DNA from: an uncultured bacterium
GTDB taxonomy: Bacteria > Patescibacteriota > Minisyncoccia > Phycocordibacterales > GWA1-40-21
Length of the DNA stretch: 64,000 nt
Reading direction: 5' to 3'
NCBI GenBank assembly: GCA_903831595.1
Contig: CAIKXY010000013.1
Span: 6,793 to 70,792 of the forward strand
Shown here: positions 1 to 9,696 of the stretch, piece by piece
Layout: each line of letters begins with the position of its first letter
How positions within the stretch are numbered: position 1 is the first letter of the stretch
Program-made: the position numbers and the translations under genes
Notes under the pieces: model-generated
Seen by the model: only the letters and a program-made list of their open reading frames with translations
The model's database searches: none
What the model was told of the DNA's origin: nothing

Positions 1-444
1 ACCAAGAGAACTATACGCTTCAGCTATTTTTTTAAGTTTCTCCTCTTCTTTTGAATCATTGGCATAAATATAATTTGTACATCTTGAAAACTCGCATTCA
101 ATATTTTCTGATTTGATAATTTGTTCAATATTGTTTATTGCATCTTTTTGCGATTCAAGTATTAGCGTGGCATTTTTTTTGCCAAATCTCCCAATAAGTA
201 TTTGAGGTTCAGTATCAATAGTAGTTGTAAGAAAACCAGTTGTAGCACTTGTGACATAATTTCCAATTTTTTTCTTTTCAAGCAAAACTACTTTTTTACC
301 AGCTTTTGCAAGTAAATAAGCAGATGTGATACCGGCTATACCACCACCTATAATCAATACTTCAGTTTCGCTGGGTAGGGAAGTCTTTGGATATTGGTCA
401 ATTTTTATATTTTCAAACCAAATGTCATAATTTTCTTTGTCCAT
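1..444 (-). CDS. FAD-dependent oxidoreductase, N-terminal part (3' end runs off the window start)
   Basis: Reverse-strand translation begins MDKENYDIWF...VLIIGGGIAGITSAYLLAKAGKKVVLLEKKK. This is a Rossmann GxGxxG dinucleotide-binding motif followed by an acidic residue. The ATG is at 444-442. The reading frame is open to position 1. Confidence 0.55.
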   Translation of the reverse strand, partial: MDKENYDIWFENIKIDQYPKTSLPSETEVLIIGGGIAGITSAYLLAKAGKKVVLLEKKKIGNYVTSATTGFLTTTIDTEPQILIGRFGKKNATLILESQKDAINNIEQIIKSENIECEFSRCTNYIYANDSKEEEKLKKIAEAYSSLG

Positions 445-525
445 AATAATATATTTTTGATTATAACATTCAGGTTTTAATATTGCCATTATCGATTTAT
501 TAGTATATTATGTATTTATTATGGC

Positions 526-636
526 AAAACGAATGGCAGTGAATACTAAGAATAAAGCTTCTCGTTCTAAAAAGACAAAGAAGCGACTTGCAATAAAAAA
601 TGCAAGAATCGCAAATAGAAAGAGAAAAAATTTATA
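526..636 (+). CDS. Small highly basic protein (37 aa: MAKRMAVNTKNKASRSKKTKKRLAIKNARIANRKRKNL), possibly ribosomal-protein-like
   Basis: Short ORF absent from the 60-aa track. It is extremely K/R-rich. A hairpin/T-run terminator at 641-672 follows directly. No confident family assignment. Confidence 0.25.
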
Positions 637-640
637 GTAT

Positions 641-672
641 TTTTAAAAAACACCCAAGTGGGTGTTTTTTAT
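641..672 (+). terminator. Intrinsic terminator hairpin (cacccaagtgggtg) followed by a T-run
   Basis: Sequence is aaaaaacacccaagtgggtgttttttatt. A GC stem is flanked by an A-run and a T-run. Confidence 0.6.
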
Positions 673-715
673 TATTAGTATCAATACTTTATTTTTTTTG
701 CTATAATAATTTCCT

Positions 716-1504
716 ATGAATTTTGATAAACGTAAAATCTTTTCAGTTGTAATTTTTGTTGTAATCCTCGTTGGGTTAATACTTTTATATTCGGGTGTTT
801 TTCAGCTTCATGTTCCAGATATGAGAACTTACAAAGGTTGGATGCCAGCACTAGTCGGCTCCGCTGCACTTATTGATAGCGTAAATCCATGTGCTTTTTC
901 TGTTCTATTTTTAACTATAACTTTTTTGTTTAGTCTTGGAAGAAAAAGAAGGGATATCGTTTGGGCAGGGCTTGCTTATGTTTTTGGTATATTTGCCACT
1001 TATATTTTTATTGGTTTAGGTTTGTTAAAAGCATTAAGTCTATTTAATATTCCAAATTTGATGTCAAAAGTTGGCGCGACAGCTCTTATCTTATTCGGCT
1101 TAGTTGCACTTATAAATGAATTTTTTCCAAGTTTTCCAATCAAACTAAAAATTCCAAAATTTGCTTACGGGAGAATTTCAGTACTAATAGAAAAGGCGAC
1201 TTTACCAGCATCTTTTATTCTTGGTGTCGTTGTCGGTCTCTTTGAATTTCCCTGCACCGGCGGTCCATATTTGTTTGTTTTAGGACTTTTGCACGATCAG
1301 CACAATATTTTGAAAGGTACAGCTTATCTTTTGTTTTACAATCTTATGTTTGTTTTGCCTTTACTTGTTGCTCTTGGGATTGCTGTAAACAAAAAGGTTT
1401 TGGATACAATGGACAGAATTAGAAAGGCAGAAACAAAACAGGCGAGAATTTGGATTGCACTTATAATGATTCTTTTGGGTTCATTGGTTTTTATGATAAA
1501 CTAG
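716..1504 (+). CDS. CcdA/DsbD-family thiol-disulfide transmembrane electron transporter (cytochrome c biogenesis CcdA-like)
   Basis: Polytopic membrane protein with two conserved Cys in TM segments (DSVNPCAFSVL and FEFPCTGGPYLF), typical of CcdA/DsbD. A thioredoxin-fold CxxC gene lies downstream. Confidence 0.55.
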   Translation: MNFDKRKIFSVVIFVVILVGLILLYSGVFQLHVPDMRTYKGWMPALVGSAALIDSVNPCAFSVLFLTITFLFSLGRKRRDIVWAGLAYVFGIFATYIFIGLGLLKALSLFNIPNLMSKVGATALILFGLVALINEFFPSFPIKLKIPKFAYGRISVLIEKATLPASFILGVVVGLFEFPCTGGPYLFVLGLLHDQHNILKGTAYLLFYNLMFVLPLLVALGIAVNKKVLDTMDRIRKAETKQARIWIALIMILLGSLVFMIN

Positions 1505-1553
1505 GAATTAGTTAGAAAGTCGAAGGTCTATAAAGTCAATAAAGTAAAATTTT

Positions 1554-2045
1554 ATGAAAAACGAACTTGGTTATGAAGAAATAGTAAAAAAAGTTGAAGA
1601 ACTAAAGAAAGGTAAGAATTTTGATCTTTCGACTGAAGAAGATTTGGCAATTGCTATTATGAATCTTATTAGTCTTGAAGAACATTTTTTCTTTACAGGA
1701 GCTAAGACTAATAAATCGGATTATTTTGATATGTTACAGGAAATTCGTTCACTCCGCGCTAAACTTTTAGCAAGAATGATAGATAAAAAAGAGGGCGAAA
1801 CATGGTGCATATCGAAGCATTTGCTCGCAACCTCGATGAGGCTTATGGAAGTTGGTACTAAGCTTCAATCTGATAATAAAAAAGAAGAAGCAAAAGAAAT
1901 GTTTCAGAATGCATACAAAATGTTCAATATGTTTTTTGCTATAAGGTTGAAAATTGTTAATGTACCAGAAATAAAAAGTGAAAATAAACCGATGACAATG
2001 GACGACATTATGGCCAAGCTCGTGAATTGTTGTGATGAAAAATAA
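1554..2045 (+). CDS. Hypothetical protein (163 aa)
   Basis: ORF with coding-like composition. No recognisable motif. Confidence 0.4.
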   Translation: MKNELGYEEIVKKVEELKKGKNFDLSTEEDLAIAIMNLISLEEHFFFTGAKTNKSDYFDMLQEIRSLRAKLLARMIDKKEGETWCISKHLLATSMRLMEVGTKLQSDNKKEEAKEMFQNAYKMFNMFFAIRLKIVNVPEIKSENKPMTMDDIMAKLVNCCDEK

Positions 2046-2490
2046 ATTTAAAAATAAAATGAAAGACGAAAAAATAAGTAAGGGAAATATTATAATTATG
2101 GTTTTTGCAGTGTTAGTTATTATCGCTGTTCTTATTTTTGCTGCAGTATCTAAAACTTCTAAGCCTATAATAGTAAACAATGATATTAGAATCGAAGGTT
2201 TTGAAGGAGAAAAGACAATGCAAACATTAGCATCCACTACTGAGTGTGTTTTACCAACTAACAAAAATTTTGACGAATTTGCCAAATGTTTAACTCAAAA
2301 AGGCGCGGTTATGTATGGTGCTGTTTGGTGTCCTCATTGTAAAGATCAGAAAGCTGCCTTTGGTGATTCTTTTAAATATATAAATTATGTTGAATGTCCT
2401 GATAATACACAACTTTGTATCGATAAGGGTATTCAGGGCTATCCAACATGGATTATTGCTACAAGTTCAACCGATATAAAGAAAAACTGA
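2032..2490 (+). CDS. Membrane-anchored thioredoxin-fold thiol:disulfide oxidoreductase (WCPHC active site)
   Basis: N-terminal TM helix followed by a thioredoxin-like domain with the CxxC motif in AVWCPHCKDQK. Adjacent to the CcdA-like gene. Confidence 0.55.
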   Translation: MMKNKFKNKMKDEKISKGNIIIMVFAVLVIIAVLIFAAVSKTSKPIIVNNDIRIEGFEGEKTMQTLASTTECVLPTNKNFDEFAKCLTQKGAVMYGAVWCPHCKDQKAAFGDSFKYINYVECPDNTQLCIDKGIQGYPTWIIATSSTDIKKN

Positions 2491-2504
2491 TTAGTTTATT
2501 ATAT

Positions 2505-2954
2505 ATGAAAAAATCTATCATATTTACAATAATAATTTTAATAATTATAACTTTACTCGTGCTTATTTTTGATATTGGAAGAAAAGAAGTCAAAACACCA
2601 GAAAATGATATAAACGCAACTTCAACAGTTGGAATGCCTATTGTTGTAAATAATATAAAAGATAATCAAATCGTCTCAAATCCAATAAAAATATTTGGAA
2701 AGGCTAGGGGTAACTGGTTTTTTGAAGCATCGTTTCCTATTCAACTTGTTGATGCAGATGGAAATATTCTGGCTTCAACGGCCGCAAAAGCAGATGGTGA
2801 TTGGATGACAACTGATTTTGTAAATTTTAGTGCTGAACTTTCATATACCAAATCAACAAGTACCAGAAGGGCACTGTTGGTTTTAAATAAGGATAACCCA
2901 TCTGGTAATCCTGATTTCGACCAGTCGATTTTTATTCCTGTAATATTAAAATAA
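2505..2954 (+). CDS. Hypothetical secreted/membrane-anchored protein
   Basis: Track ORF 2448-2954. The likely start is MKKSIIFTIIILII at 2505, an N-terminal TM/signal anchor. No catalytic motif seen. Confidence 0.4.
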   Translation: MKKSIIFTIIILIIITLLVLIFDIGRKEVKTPENDINATSTVGMPIVVNNIKDNQIVSNPIKIFGKARGNWFFEASFPIQLVDADGNILASTAAKADGDWMTTDFVNFSAELSYTKSTSTRRALLVLNKDNPSGNPDFDQSIFIPVILK

Positions 2955-2956
2955 TA

Positions 2957-3721
2957 ATGAAAAAACAACCGACCTCATGGGGAAATGTATCAAATTGGTA
3001 TAATGATTTGCTTAAAAAAGAAAACACTTATCAGAATGAGGTTATTTTACCGAACCTGCTAAGGTTAATAAAGATTAAAAAAACAGATATAGTTTTGGAT
3101 CTTGCTTGTGGACAAGGTTTTTTCTCTCATGAATATGCAAAGTTTGGTGAAAAAATAATAGGGGTAGATGTATCTGAAGAACTTATTAAACTTGCAAAGA
3201 AAGGATCTGTTGCAAACGAAAACTTTTTTGTTTCTCCTGCTGCTAATTTGTTTTTTTTGCAAAGTAAGATAATTGATAAGATTTCAATAGTTTTAGCCCT
3301 TCAGAATATTGATAATTTTGATGCTGTTATAAAAGAATGCTCAAGGGTTTTAAAAGATAACGGTAAATTATTTATTGTTTTAAATCATCCAGCTTTTCGC
3401 ATACCCAAAAAGAGTGATTGGGGCTATGATGCTAAAAATAAAGTCCAATACAGAAGAATTGAGAAATACATGTCAGAAATAAATATAAACATCGATATGA
3501 ACCCAGGGGAAAAAGTGCAAAAATTTAAACAATATACAAAGTCTTTTCATATACCACTACAATCATATTTTAGGGCTTTTAATAATAACAATTTTGTTGT
3601 TAAAAATCTTGAAGAATGGATTTCAAACAAAAAAAGTCAAAATGGCCCAAGACAAAAAATTGAGGATATTGCTAGAAAAGAGATACCAATGTTCATGTGT
3701 TTAGAAGTTATTAAAATATAG
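2957..3721 (+). CDS. Class I SAM-dependent methyltransferase
   Basis: Motif I VLDLACGQGFFS and downstream acidic residues GVDVSEE are typical of the Rossmann-fold MTase family. Confidence 0.6.
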   Translation: MKKQPTSWGNVSNWYNDLLKKENTYQNEVILPNLLRLIKIKKTDIVLDLACGQGFFSHEYAKFGEKIIGVDVSEELIKLAKKGSVANENFFVSPAANLFFLQSKIIDKISIVLALQNIDNFDAVIKECSRVLKDNGKLFIVLNHPAFRIPKKSDWGYDAKNKVQYRRIEKYMSEININIDMNPGEKVQKFKQYTKSFHIPLQSYFRAFNNNNFVVKNLEEWISNKKSQNGPRQKIEDIARKEIPMFMCLEVIKI

Positions 3722-3764
3722 TATAATTTACCCCGTTAAATGGTTTTAATTTTTTTTCAATATA

Positions 3765-4019
3765 ATGTACTATACTTATGTATTAAGGTCGCCCAAAGAT
3801 AAAAAGTTCTATACAGGTTTTACAAAAAATTTTAAAATAAGATTTGAAGAACATACAAAAGGTAAAATTGAATCTACAAAAGAAAGGCGGCCGTTAGAAT
3901 TAATATATTACGAAGCGCGTCATAATCGACAAGATGCAACATATAGGAAAAAGTATTTAAAAAGTTATCATGGAAAGTCATTTATTAGAAAAAGAGTCAA
4001 ATCTTATTTAACAGGGTAA
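3765..4019 (+). CDS. GIY-YIG nuclease domain protein (84 aa)
   Basis: YTYVLRS...KFYTGFTKN...RFEEH matches the GIY-YIG motif arrangement. Confidence 0.5.
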   Translation: MYYTYVLRSPKDKKFYTGFTKNFKIRFEEHTKGKIESTKERRPLELIYYEARHNRQDATYRKKYLKSYHGKSFIRKRVKSYLTG

Positions 4020-4025
4020 AAAAAT

Positions 4026-5198
4026 ATGAGTATAAATTTTTCAAAATTCAAAAAAACCACTTTGTTTGTACTTTATGTAATAGGTTTTATTTTTGCTTTT
4101 ACATCATCAATACCTGCTTATGTTAACTCAAGTTTTCTTGCGAGTTTAACGAGTCAGCAATCTATCGGGGTATTTTATACAGTAAGTGCTATATTTTCAT
4201 TGATATCATTATTATATATTCCCAAATTACTGAAAAAGTATGGTAACTACAAAGTTACCTTGATATTGTCAATTCTATACTTTTTTAATTTTCTTGGGAT
4301 AGCATTAATATCGAATATTTTTTTTGTTTTATTCTGTTTTGTTTTATCTGGTGCTTTTGCTTCAGTATTGTATTTCAACTTTGACATTTTCGTTGAACAT
4401 AACTCTACTGATGAAAAAACGGGTGAGATAAGAAGTATATATTTAACGTGTATTAACTTTGCTTGGTTATTTTCTCCATGGCTAGCAGGTATAATAGTTC
4501 AAGAATTTTCTTACAGAACTATATATCTATTGGTTGCATTAATATTAGTACCTGTTATTTTTATTATTTTATTTAAATTAAAGAATTATAAAGATAGAGA
4601 ATACATGGCTTTTAATTTTTTTGAAACAGTAAAAAGTTTGAAGGGTAATAAGAATATTACAAATATTATAATTGCTGGTTTTTTGTTGCAGTTTTTTTAT
4701 TCTTGGATGGTTGTATACAGTCCAATCTATTTAAATCAGGTTGTTGGATTTAATTGGATTATTAGTGGTCTTATATTTTCAATTGCTCTCGTACCTTTTG
4801 TCGTTGTTCAGGTTCCACTCGGATATTTAGCAGATAAAAAGATCGGTGAAAAAGAGATGCTTATTGTTGGTTTCATTCTTATGGGGGTGTTCACTATAAT
4901 AATTCCATTAATTCATGGTAATAGCTTTCTTCTTTGGACGATAATACTTTTTATGGGGAGACTTGGTGCAGCAATCGTTGAAATTATGGCGGACACATAT
5001 TTTTTTAAAAATATTACTGATAAGAATTTGAATGTAATTAATTTATACAGAACAGTTAGCCCATTTGCCTATATTATTGGGCCAATAAGTGCAAGCATTA
5101 TTATGATATTCTTGCCTTTTAGTAGTATTTTTTATATTTTGGGTTTTTTGATGATTATAAGTGTACAATACGTTTGGGTTATAAAGGATACTAAATAG
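4026..5198 (+). CDS. MFS-type transporter (about 12 TM)
   Basis: 390 aa, highly hydrophobic, with two 6-TM halves and an MFS-like D/R-containing loop (GYLADKKIGEK). Confidence 0.55.
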   Translation: MSINFSKFKKTTLFVLYVIGFIFAFTSSIPAYVNSSFLASLTSQQSIGVFYTVSAIFSLISLLYIPKLLKKYGNYKVTLILSILYFFNFLGIALISNIFFVLFCFVLSGAFASVLYFNFDIFVEHNSTDEKTGEIRSIYLTCINFAWLFSPWLAGIIVQEFSYRTIYLLVALILVPVIFIILFKLKNYKDREYMAFNFFETVKSLKGNKNITNIIIAGFLLQFFYSWMVVYSPIYLNQVVGFNWIISGLIFSIALVPFVVVQVPLGYLADKKIGEKEMLIVGFILMGVFTIIIPLIHGNSFLLWTIILFMGRLGAAIVEIMADTYFFKNITDKNLNVINLYRTVSPFAYIIGPISASIIMIFLPFSSIFYILGFLMIISVQYVWVIKDTK

Positions 5199-5269
5199 TT
5201 ATAAACCATACGTTAAAAGTAAACACAAAAGGTGGGGCTGCGAAGGGCCCCACCTTTTATTTTGTAAAT

Positions 5270-7297
5270 TTATACTCCAATTACGACGGGTATCACCATT
5301 GGTTTTTTTGCAGTTTCTTGGAACAAGTATCTGCTAACATTATCATTTATTGCATCTTTCAACATGTCAAAATTGATTGGTTTACCAATAGCACCTTCCT
5401 CAATTGTTTTTTTAACAATAAGTCTTGTATGTTTTAATAAATCCTGTGATTCTTTTAAGTAAACAAAGCCTCTGGAAATAATATCTGGAGATTTTTTTAA
5501 TTTACCAAGATTTACATCAATACTTGCAATGATTACAAACATTCCATCCTGTGCAAGCATTTGCCTGTCACGGATAACAACCTCTTGAACATCTCCAACT
5601 GAGAATCCGTCCACCATGACTATTCCTGACGGTGCTTTTTCTTTTAACATTTTTATTTTTGCACCATTATCTACTATTTCAACTACGCTTCCGTTATCTG
5701 GTACAACAATATTTTCTTTTGGAGTACCAATATTCATTGAAAGTTCAGCATGCATTTTAAGCATGTAGTGGTGGCCGTGGTATGGCATAAAGAATTTGTA
5801 AGGGATTTGTCTGTGAATCCATTCAAGCTCGGATCTTTTTCCGTGGCCACCAGCGTGAACATCTGTGTCGGTGTAGGTAATTATTTTTGAATCATGTCTA
5901 TAAAGATTATCTTTTAGGTCTGCAACTGCACGTTCATTTCCGGGAATAATCGATGAAGATAAGATTATTGTATCTGTCTTGTTTAGTTTAATTTCTTTGT
6001 GTGTGTTATTAGACATTCTCATCAACCCTGCAAATTCTTCACCCTGAGCACCAGTTGAAAGTATCATGAGTTTGTGAGGAGGGTAGTCATGCATATCCTT
6101 AACATCAATAATATGTTTTGTATCAGCAAGTTTTAAGAACTTAATAATTTCAACATTATTTTTCATACTCCTTCCCTCGATGACTAATTTTTTCCCATAT
6201 TTTTCTGACATTCTTATGAAGTGTAAAATCCTTTCTACCTGAGATGAGAAAGTGGCAATGATTATTCTGCCCGTAACATTTTTTACTATATTATCAATTG
6301 TTGAAATAACTAGGTCCTCTGATATACCCCAACCAGGTTTTTCTATTCCAGTTGAATCCATCATAAGTAGTAAAACTTTTCTGTCTCTAAACATTTTATA
6401 TTGTTCAAACTCTTTTTCTTTTGGAATTCCGTTTGTATTATCAACCCTTACATCTCCAGTGCAGACAATATCTCCTTGTGGGGTTGCGATAATAACACCA
6501 GTTGAATCTGGTATTGCGTGAGTAATACCAAAGAATTTAATTTTTAAATTAGTGCCTATCGGTAAAAAATCAGTATTTTTATCTATCATCTTAATGTTCA
6601 ATTCTGGTAGGTGAGGGAATTCAGATTGTCGTTTTTTTATGAGTAGTGCACCGAATTCTCTTGTGTATATTGGACAATTGCCCAAAGATTCCATAACGAA
6701 AGGAATTGCGCCAATATGGTCCAAGTGTCCGTGGGTGATTATTAATCCACGAATCTTGCCTTTTCTTTGCTCAAGGTATTTTGTATTTGGCAAAATATAG
6801 TCAATCCCAGGGGTTTCTTCAGTCTTAAACTGAATCCCTGCATCTACAACCACAATGTCATCCCCGTATTCAATTGCAGTCATATTTTTCCCTATCCCCT
6901 CTACTCCACCAAGTGGAATTATTCTAATGTTTCCATCAATAAGTGAAGGAATAATTTGTTCTTTTTTTGTTGCAATATCTGATGTTACTTTTCTAACCCC
7001 GTGTTTTTTTTGCTGACCTCTGTGAGTCTGGCTTTGATTATGTGTATTTTGTGGTTCTCCTTTTCTGACAAAAATCAATTTCTTTTTTGGTTGATCATTT
7101 AGAAGCGTTTCTGGTTTATTTAAATTTTCAGCTACAAAAGATTTGGTATTTGTATTTACCACATGTGTATTAGCTGAAAAAGAGCCACTGTTTGTATGGT
7201 GAATTGTATTAGCACGATTCTGTCCAAAAGAAGAATTTCTTTTTGGCATGAATCTTCTTCCACCGTGATTATTTTGATGTTGTTGATTATATATCAT
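5270..7297 (-). CDS. rnj: Ribonuclease J (metallo-beta-lactamase / beta-CASP) with a long low-complexity N-terminal extension
   Basis: Motif HGHLDHIGA (HxHxDH), beta-CASP region and C-terminal domain are present. The first 110 aa or so are Q/N/H/T-rich low complexity. Confidence 0.85.
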   Translation of the reverse strand: MIYNQQHQNNHGGRRFMPKRNSSFGQNRANTIHHTNSGSFSANTHVVNTNTKSFVAENLNKPETLLNDQPKKKLIFVRKGEPQNTHNQSQTHRGQQKKHGVRKVTSDIATKKEQIIPSLIDGNIRIIPLGGVEGIGKNMTAIEYGDDIVVVDAGIQFKTEETPGIDYILPNTKYLEQRKGKIRGLIITHGHLDHIGAIPFVMESLGNCPIYTREFGALLIKKRQSEFPHLPELNIKMIDKNTDFLPIGTNLKIKFFGITHAIPDSTGVIIATPQGDIVCTGDVRVDNTNGIPKEKEFEQYKMFRDRKVLLLMMDSTGIEKPGWGISEDLVISTIDNIVKNVTGRIIIATFSSQVERILHFIRMSEKYGKKLVIEGRSMKNNVEIIKFLKLADTKHIIDVKDMHDYPPHKLMILSTGAQGEEFAGLMRMSNNTHKEIKLNKTDTIILSSSIIPGNERAVADLKDNLYRHDSKIITYTDTDVHAGGHGKRSELEWIHRQIPYKFFMPYHGHHYMLKMHAELSMNIGTPKENIVVPDNGSVVEIVDNGAKIKMLKEKAPSGIVMVDGFSVGDVQEVVIRDRQMLAQDGMFVIIASIDVNLGKLKKSPDIISRGFVYLKESQDLLKHTRLIVKKTIEEGAIGKPINFDMLKDAINDNVSRYLFQETAKKPMVIPVVIGV

Positions 7298-7375
7298 GTT
7301 TTGTTTTTAAAGTTCTAGATTTTAGGTGCGAGAAATATCTAAAATGCTAGAAAATATTTAATTAATAATAATTTT

Positions 7376-9133
7376 TTATTTTATAAAAATTTTCCAAAGA
7401 TTGTTTGTTTCAATATACCAATTATTAATATCAAGAAATCTTTCGAATGGTAATGTTACAGTATCTATTGTAAATCCTTGGATTTTTGCTGGTGTTATGT
7501 AAATGAATTCTGGTGAGTATAAAAATACTGCTGGAGTGTCTTTTTGAATTTCGTCAGCAAATAATTTGTATTTTGTTATTCTTGCGGAAGTATCAAGGGT
7601 CGTTCTTGCATCTTCCAGTAGTTTATCAACTTTTGCATTGGTATACATTGCAATATTTAGACCAGGGTCATTTCTTTGAGATGAATGCCAAAAGGCAAAG
7701 AAGTCCATATCTCTACCAATAACTTCACCAAAAAGAAGTGCCTCAAATTTTCTTGGTCTAATAATGTTTTGTTGTAAATCACCAAAATCAAATTGATTTA
7801 CATCAACTTTTGCACCGACTTTTTCCCAAGCGCTTTTTATGAGTTGTGCTGCCTTCACAAGATCATCACTATTTAATGTCGAAATTGTAAATGAAAGTTG
7901 AACTATTTTTGTTTTACTAATTTTTTTAGTCATAATACCAGTACTTGTACTTTTTACCCAGCCAGCTTTTGTTAGGAGTCCAATTGCTCCATCTATATTG
8001 TTGTCGACAATATTATTATTTGAATTGTCTATAAGGCCTGCGGGTATTGGACCATAAAGTGGACTACCATAGCCTGATAAAACGTTATTTACAATTGCAT
8101 ATCTATCCACTGCCATATTTAAAGCTTGCCTAACTTCTTTATACGTTAATGCTTCTGATTGATTTTGATTAAAAAATACCGCGAAAACTCTTGGTAGGGG
8201 AGAAACGTTAATTTTTGCACCACTATCTTTATTTATACTGACAATTTTTTCTGGTGAAATTGAATTTATTGATTCAACTTCACGTTTATTATATGCATCA
8301 ATCAGACTAGCTTCGTCTTTATAAAAATTAATAATAAGTTGTTCCACAAATGGTTTGCTAAAAACATAACCATCAAAAGCATTTAATTCGTAATATGTTG
8401 GAATAAGCAAACTATTTTTTTGCAAGGTTTCCATTTTTGTAATTTTATATGGTCCAGAACCAACGGGGTCAACATTGTATTGGCTTAAAGGAAATTGATC
8501 TGATGTCAAATCATCCCATAGATGTTTTGGTAGTATACCGACAGTAAGATTGCCCAAGAAAGGTGAATATGGTTTTTTAAGAATAAATTTGATAGTTTTA
8601 TCATCAACTTTTTCAACTTTTACATCATAAAATCCCGGTCTCTTTGGACTTTTAATTGTGCTATCCTCAATTTTATTTATTGTAAATTCAACATCATCTG
8701 TTGTAACCTTTGTTCCATCATGAAAATAAATGTCATCACGAAGTGTAAAAGTATAGACTAAACCATCATTTGAAACGTCATAGCTTTTAGCCAAATCATT
8801 AATTATAGAATTGTCTTTCCCAAATTTTAATAACCCAGAGTATACAAGTTCGGTCAAATCATGGTCTACATCTGAAACCGCAAGTACGGGATTAATAAAT
8901 CTTGGGGTACCAATAATACCTTCTTTCAAATATCCGCCATTTGTTGGTACTTTTACAGAGACTAAATTATTAACTTTATTTAATATTACTAGACCTGAGA
9001 CTACTAATATGGTACTTAAGGTATAAAATAACAATTTTTCAGATATACTGAATTTTTTTGTCATATCTGAGAGATTTTCAAAAAATCTAATCTCCCATTT
9101 TTTATTGAGAATTTTTTTAATCTTTTCTTTCAC
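7376..9133 (-). CDS. ABC transporter substrate-binding protein, family 5 (peptide/oligopeptide type)
   Basis: 585 aa, N-terminal TM anchor, large solute-binding fold typical of OppA/DppA-like SBPs. Confidence 0.65.
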   Translation of the reverse strand: MKEKIKKILNKKWEIRFFENLSDMTKKFSISEKLLFYTLSTILVVSGLVILNKVNNLVSVKVPTNGGYLKEGIIGTPRFINPVLAVSDVDHDLTELVYSGLLKFGKDNSIINDLAKSYDVSNDGLVYTFTLRDDIYFHDGTKVTTDDVEFTINKIEDSTIKSPKRPGFYDVKVEKVDDKTIKFILKKPYSPFLGNLTVGILPKHLWDDLTSDQFPLSQYNVDPVGSGPYKITKMETLQKNSLLIPTYYELNAFDGYVFSKPFVEQLIINFYKDEASLIDAYNKREVESINSISPEKIVSINKDSGAKINVSPLPRVFAVFFNQNQSEALTYKEVRQALNMAVDRYAIVNNVLSGYGSPLYGPIPAGLIDNSNNNIVDNNIDGAIGLLTKAGWVKSTSTGIMTKKISKTKIVQLSFTISTLNSDDLVKAAQLIKSAWEKVGAKVDVNQFDFGDLQQNIIRPRKFEALLFGEVIGRDMDFFAFWHSSQRNDPGLNIAMYTNAKVDKLLEDARTTLDTSARITKYKLFADEIQKDTPAVFLYSPEFIYITPAKIQGFTIDTVTLPFERFLDINNWYIETNNLWKIFIK

Positions 9134-9185
9134 GAGTCAAAAATGATACTAAATATTGTACCAAGGACTAGCCAACAAAGCAAAT

Positions 9186-9503
9186 TTACTTAATAATTAT
9201 AGCTAAAAGTGAGAATAATGCAAAAAGTACGCCGAGAATAATTGTTATATTAAAAGTTACTTTTTCAAAGCCCCTTCTTGTGTGATATCCAGCATTCCAG
9301 TTGTCAGCACCACCAAAGGCACCACCAGAGCTAGCATCTGACTGTTGTACTAAAACAGCTGCTATTATAAGAATAGCAAGAATTATTTGTATATAGGGTA
9401 TATATGAGGCAAAGCCAGTCATTACGAGAAAGAGTATAGCAAAATGAACAAAAAACACAAGGTTTTGCTTTTTTATAATAGTATTCTGTGATAGAATGTA
9501 CAC
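9186..9503 (-). CDS. secG: Preprotein translocase subunit SecG (true start probably the internal M near 9422)
   Basis: LVQQSDASSGGAFGGADNW...RRGFEKVTFNITIILGVLFALFSLL matches the SecG glycine-rich loop and two-TM layout. Confidence 0.55.
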   Translation of the reverse strand: MYILSQNTIIKKQNLVFFVHFAILFLVMTGFASYIPYIQIILAILIIAAVLVQQSDASSGGAFGGADNWNAGYHTRRGFEKVTFNITIILGVLFALFSLLAIIIK

Positions 9504-9696
9504 TAAGCTTTTTCACATTATCTTGAAAGCTTTTCTTTGTTTATCGAAACCCCGCAAAGAATTTTATAATAATAACTGTCAACATTAATTTTGAATATAA
9601 AAAATAAATTATTATTTTATTTTTTAATTTAAAAAAAAGTGAAAATTCACACGGGGCAAGCAAGAAATAATTTATTAGTAAATAAAATTTAAAAAA

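Noticed and set aside
1767-2285. 172-aa minus-strand ORF overlapping the 1554-2045 and 2032-2490 plus-strand genes
   Set aside because: Antisense to two better-supported plus-strand ORFs that have functional motifs (CPHC thioredoxin fold). Its composition is low-complexity F/I/L-rich, typical of AT-rich antisense frames.
6252-6521. 89-aa plus-strand ORF inside RNase J
   Set aside because: It lies entirely within the well-supported rnj coding region on the opposite strand.
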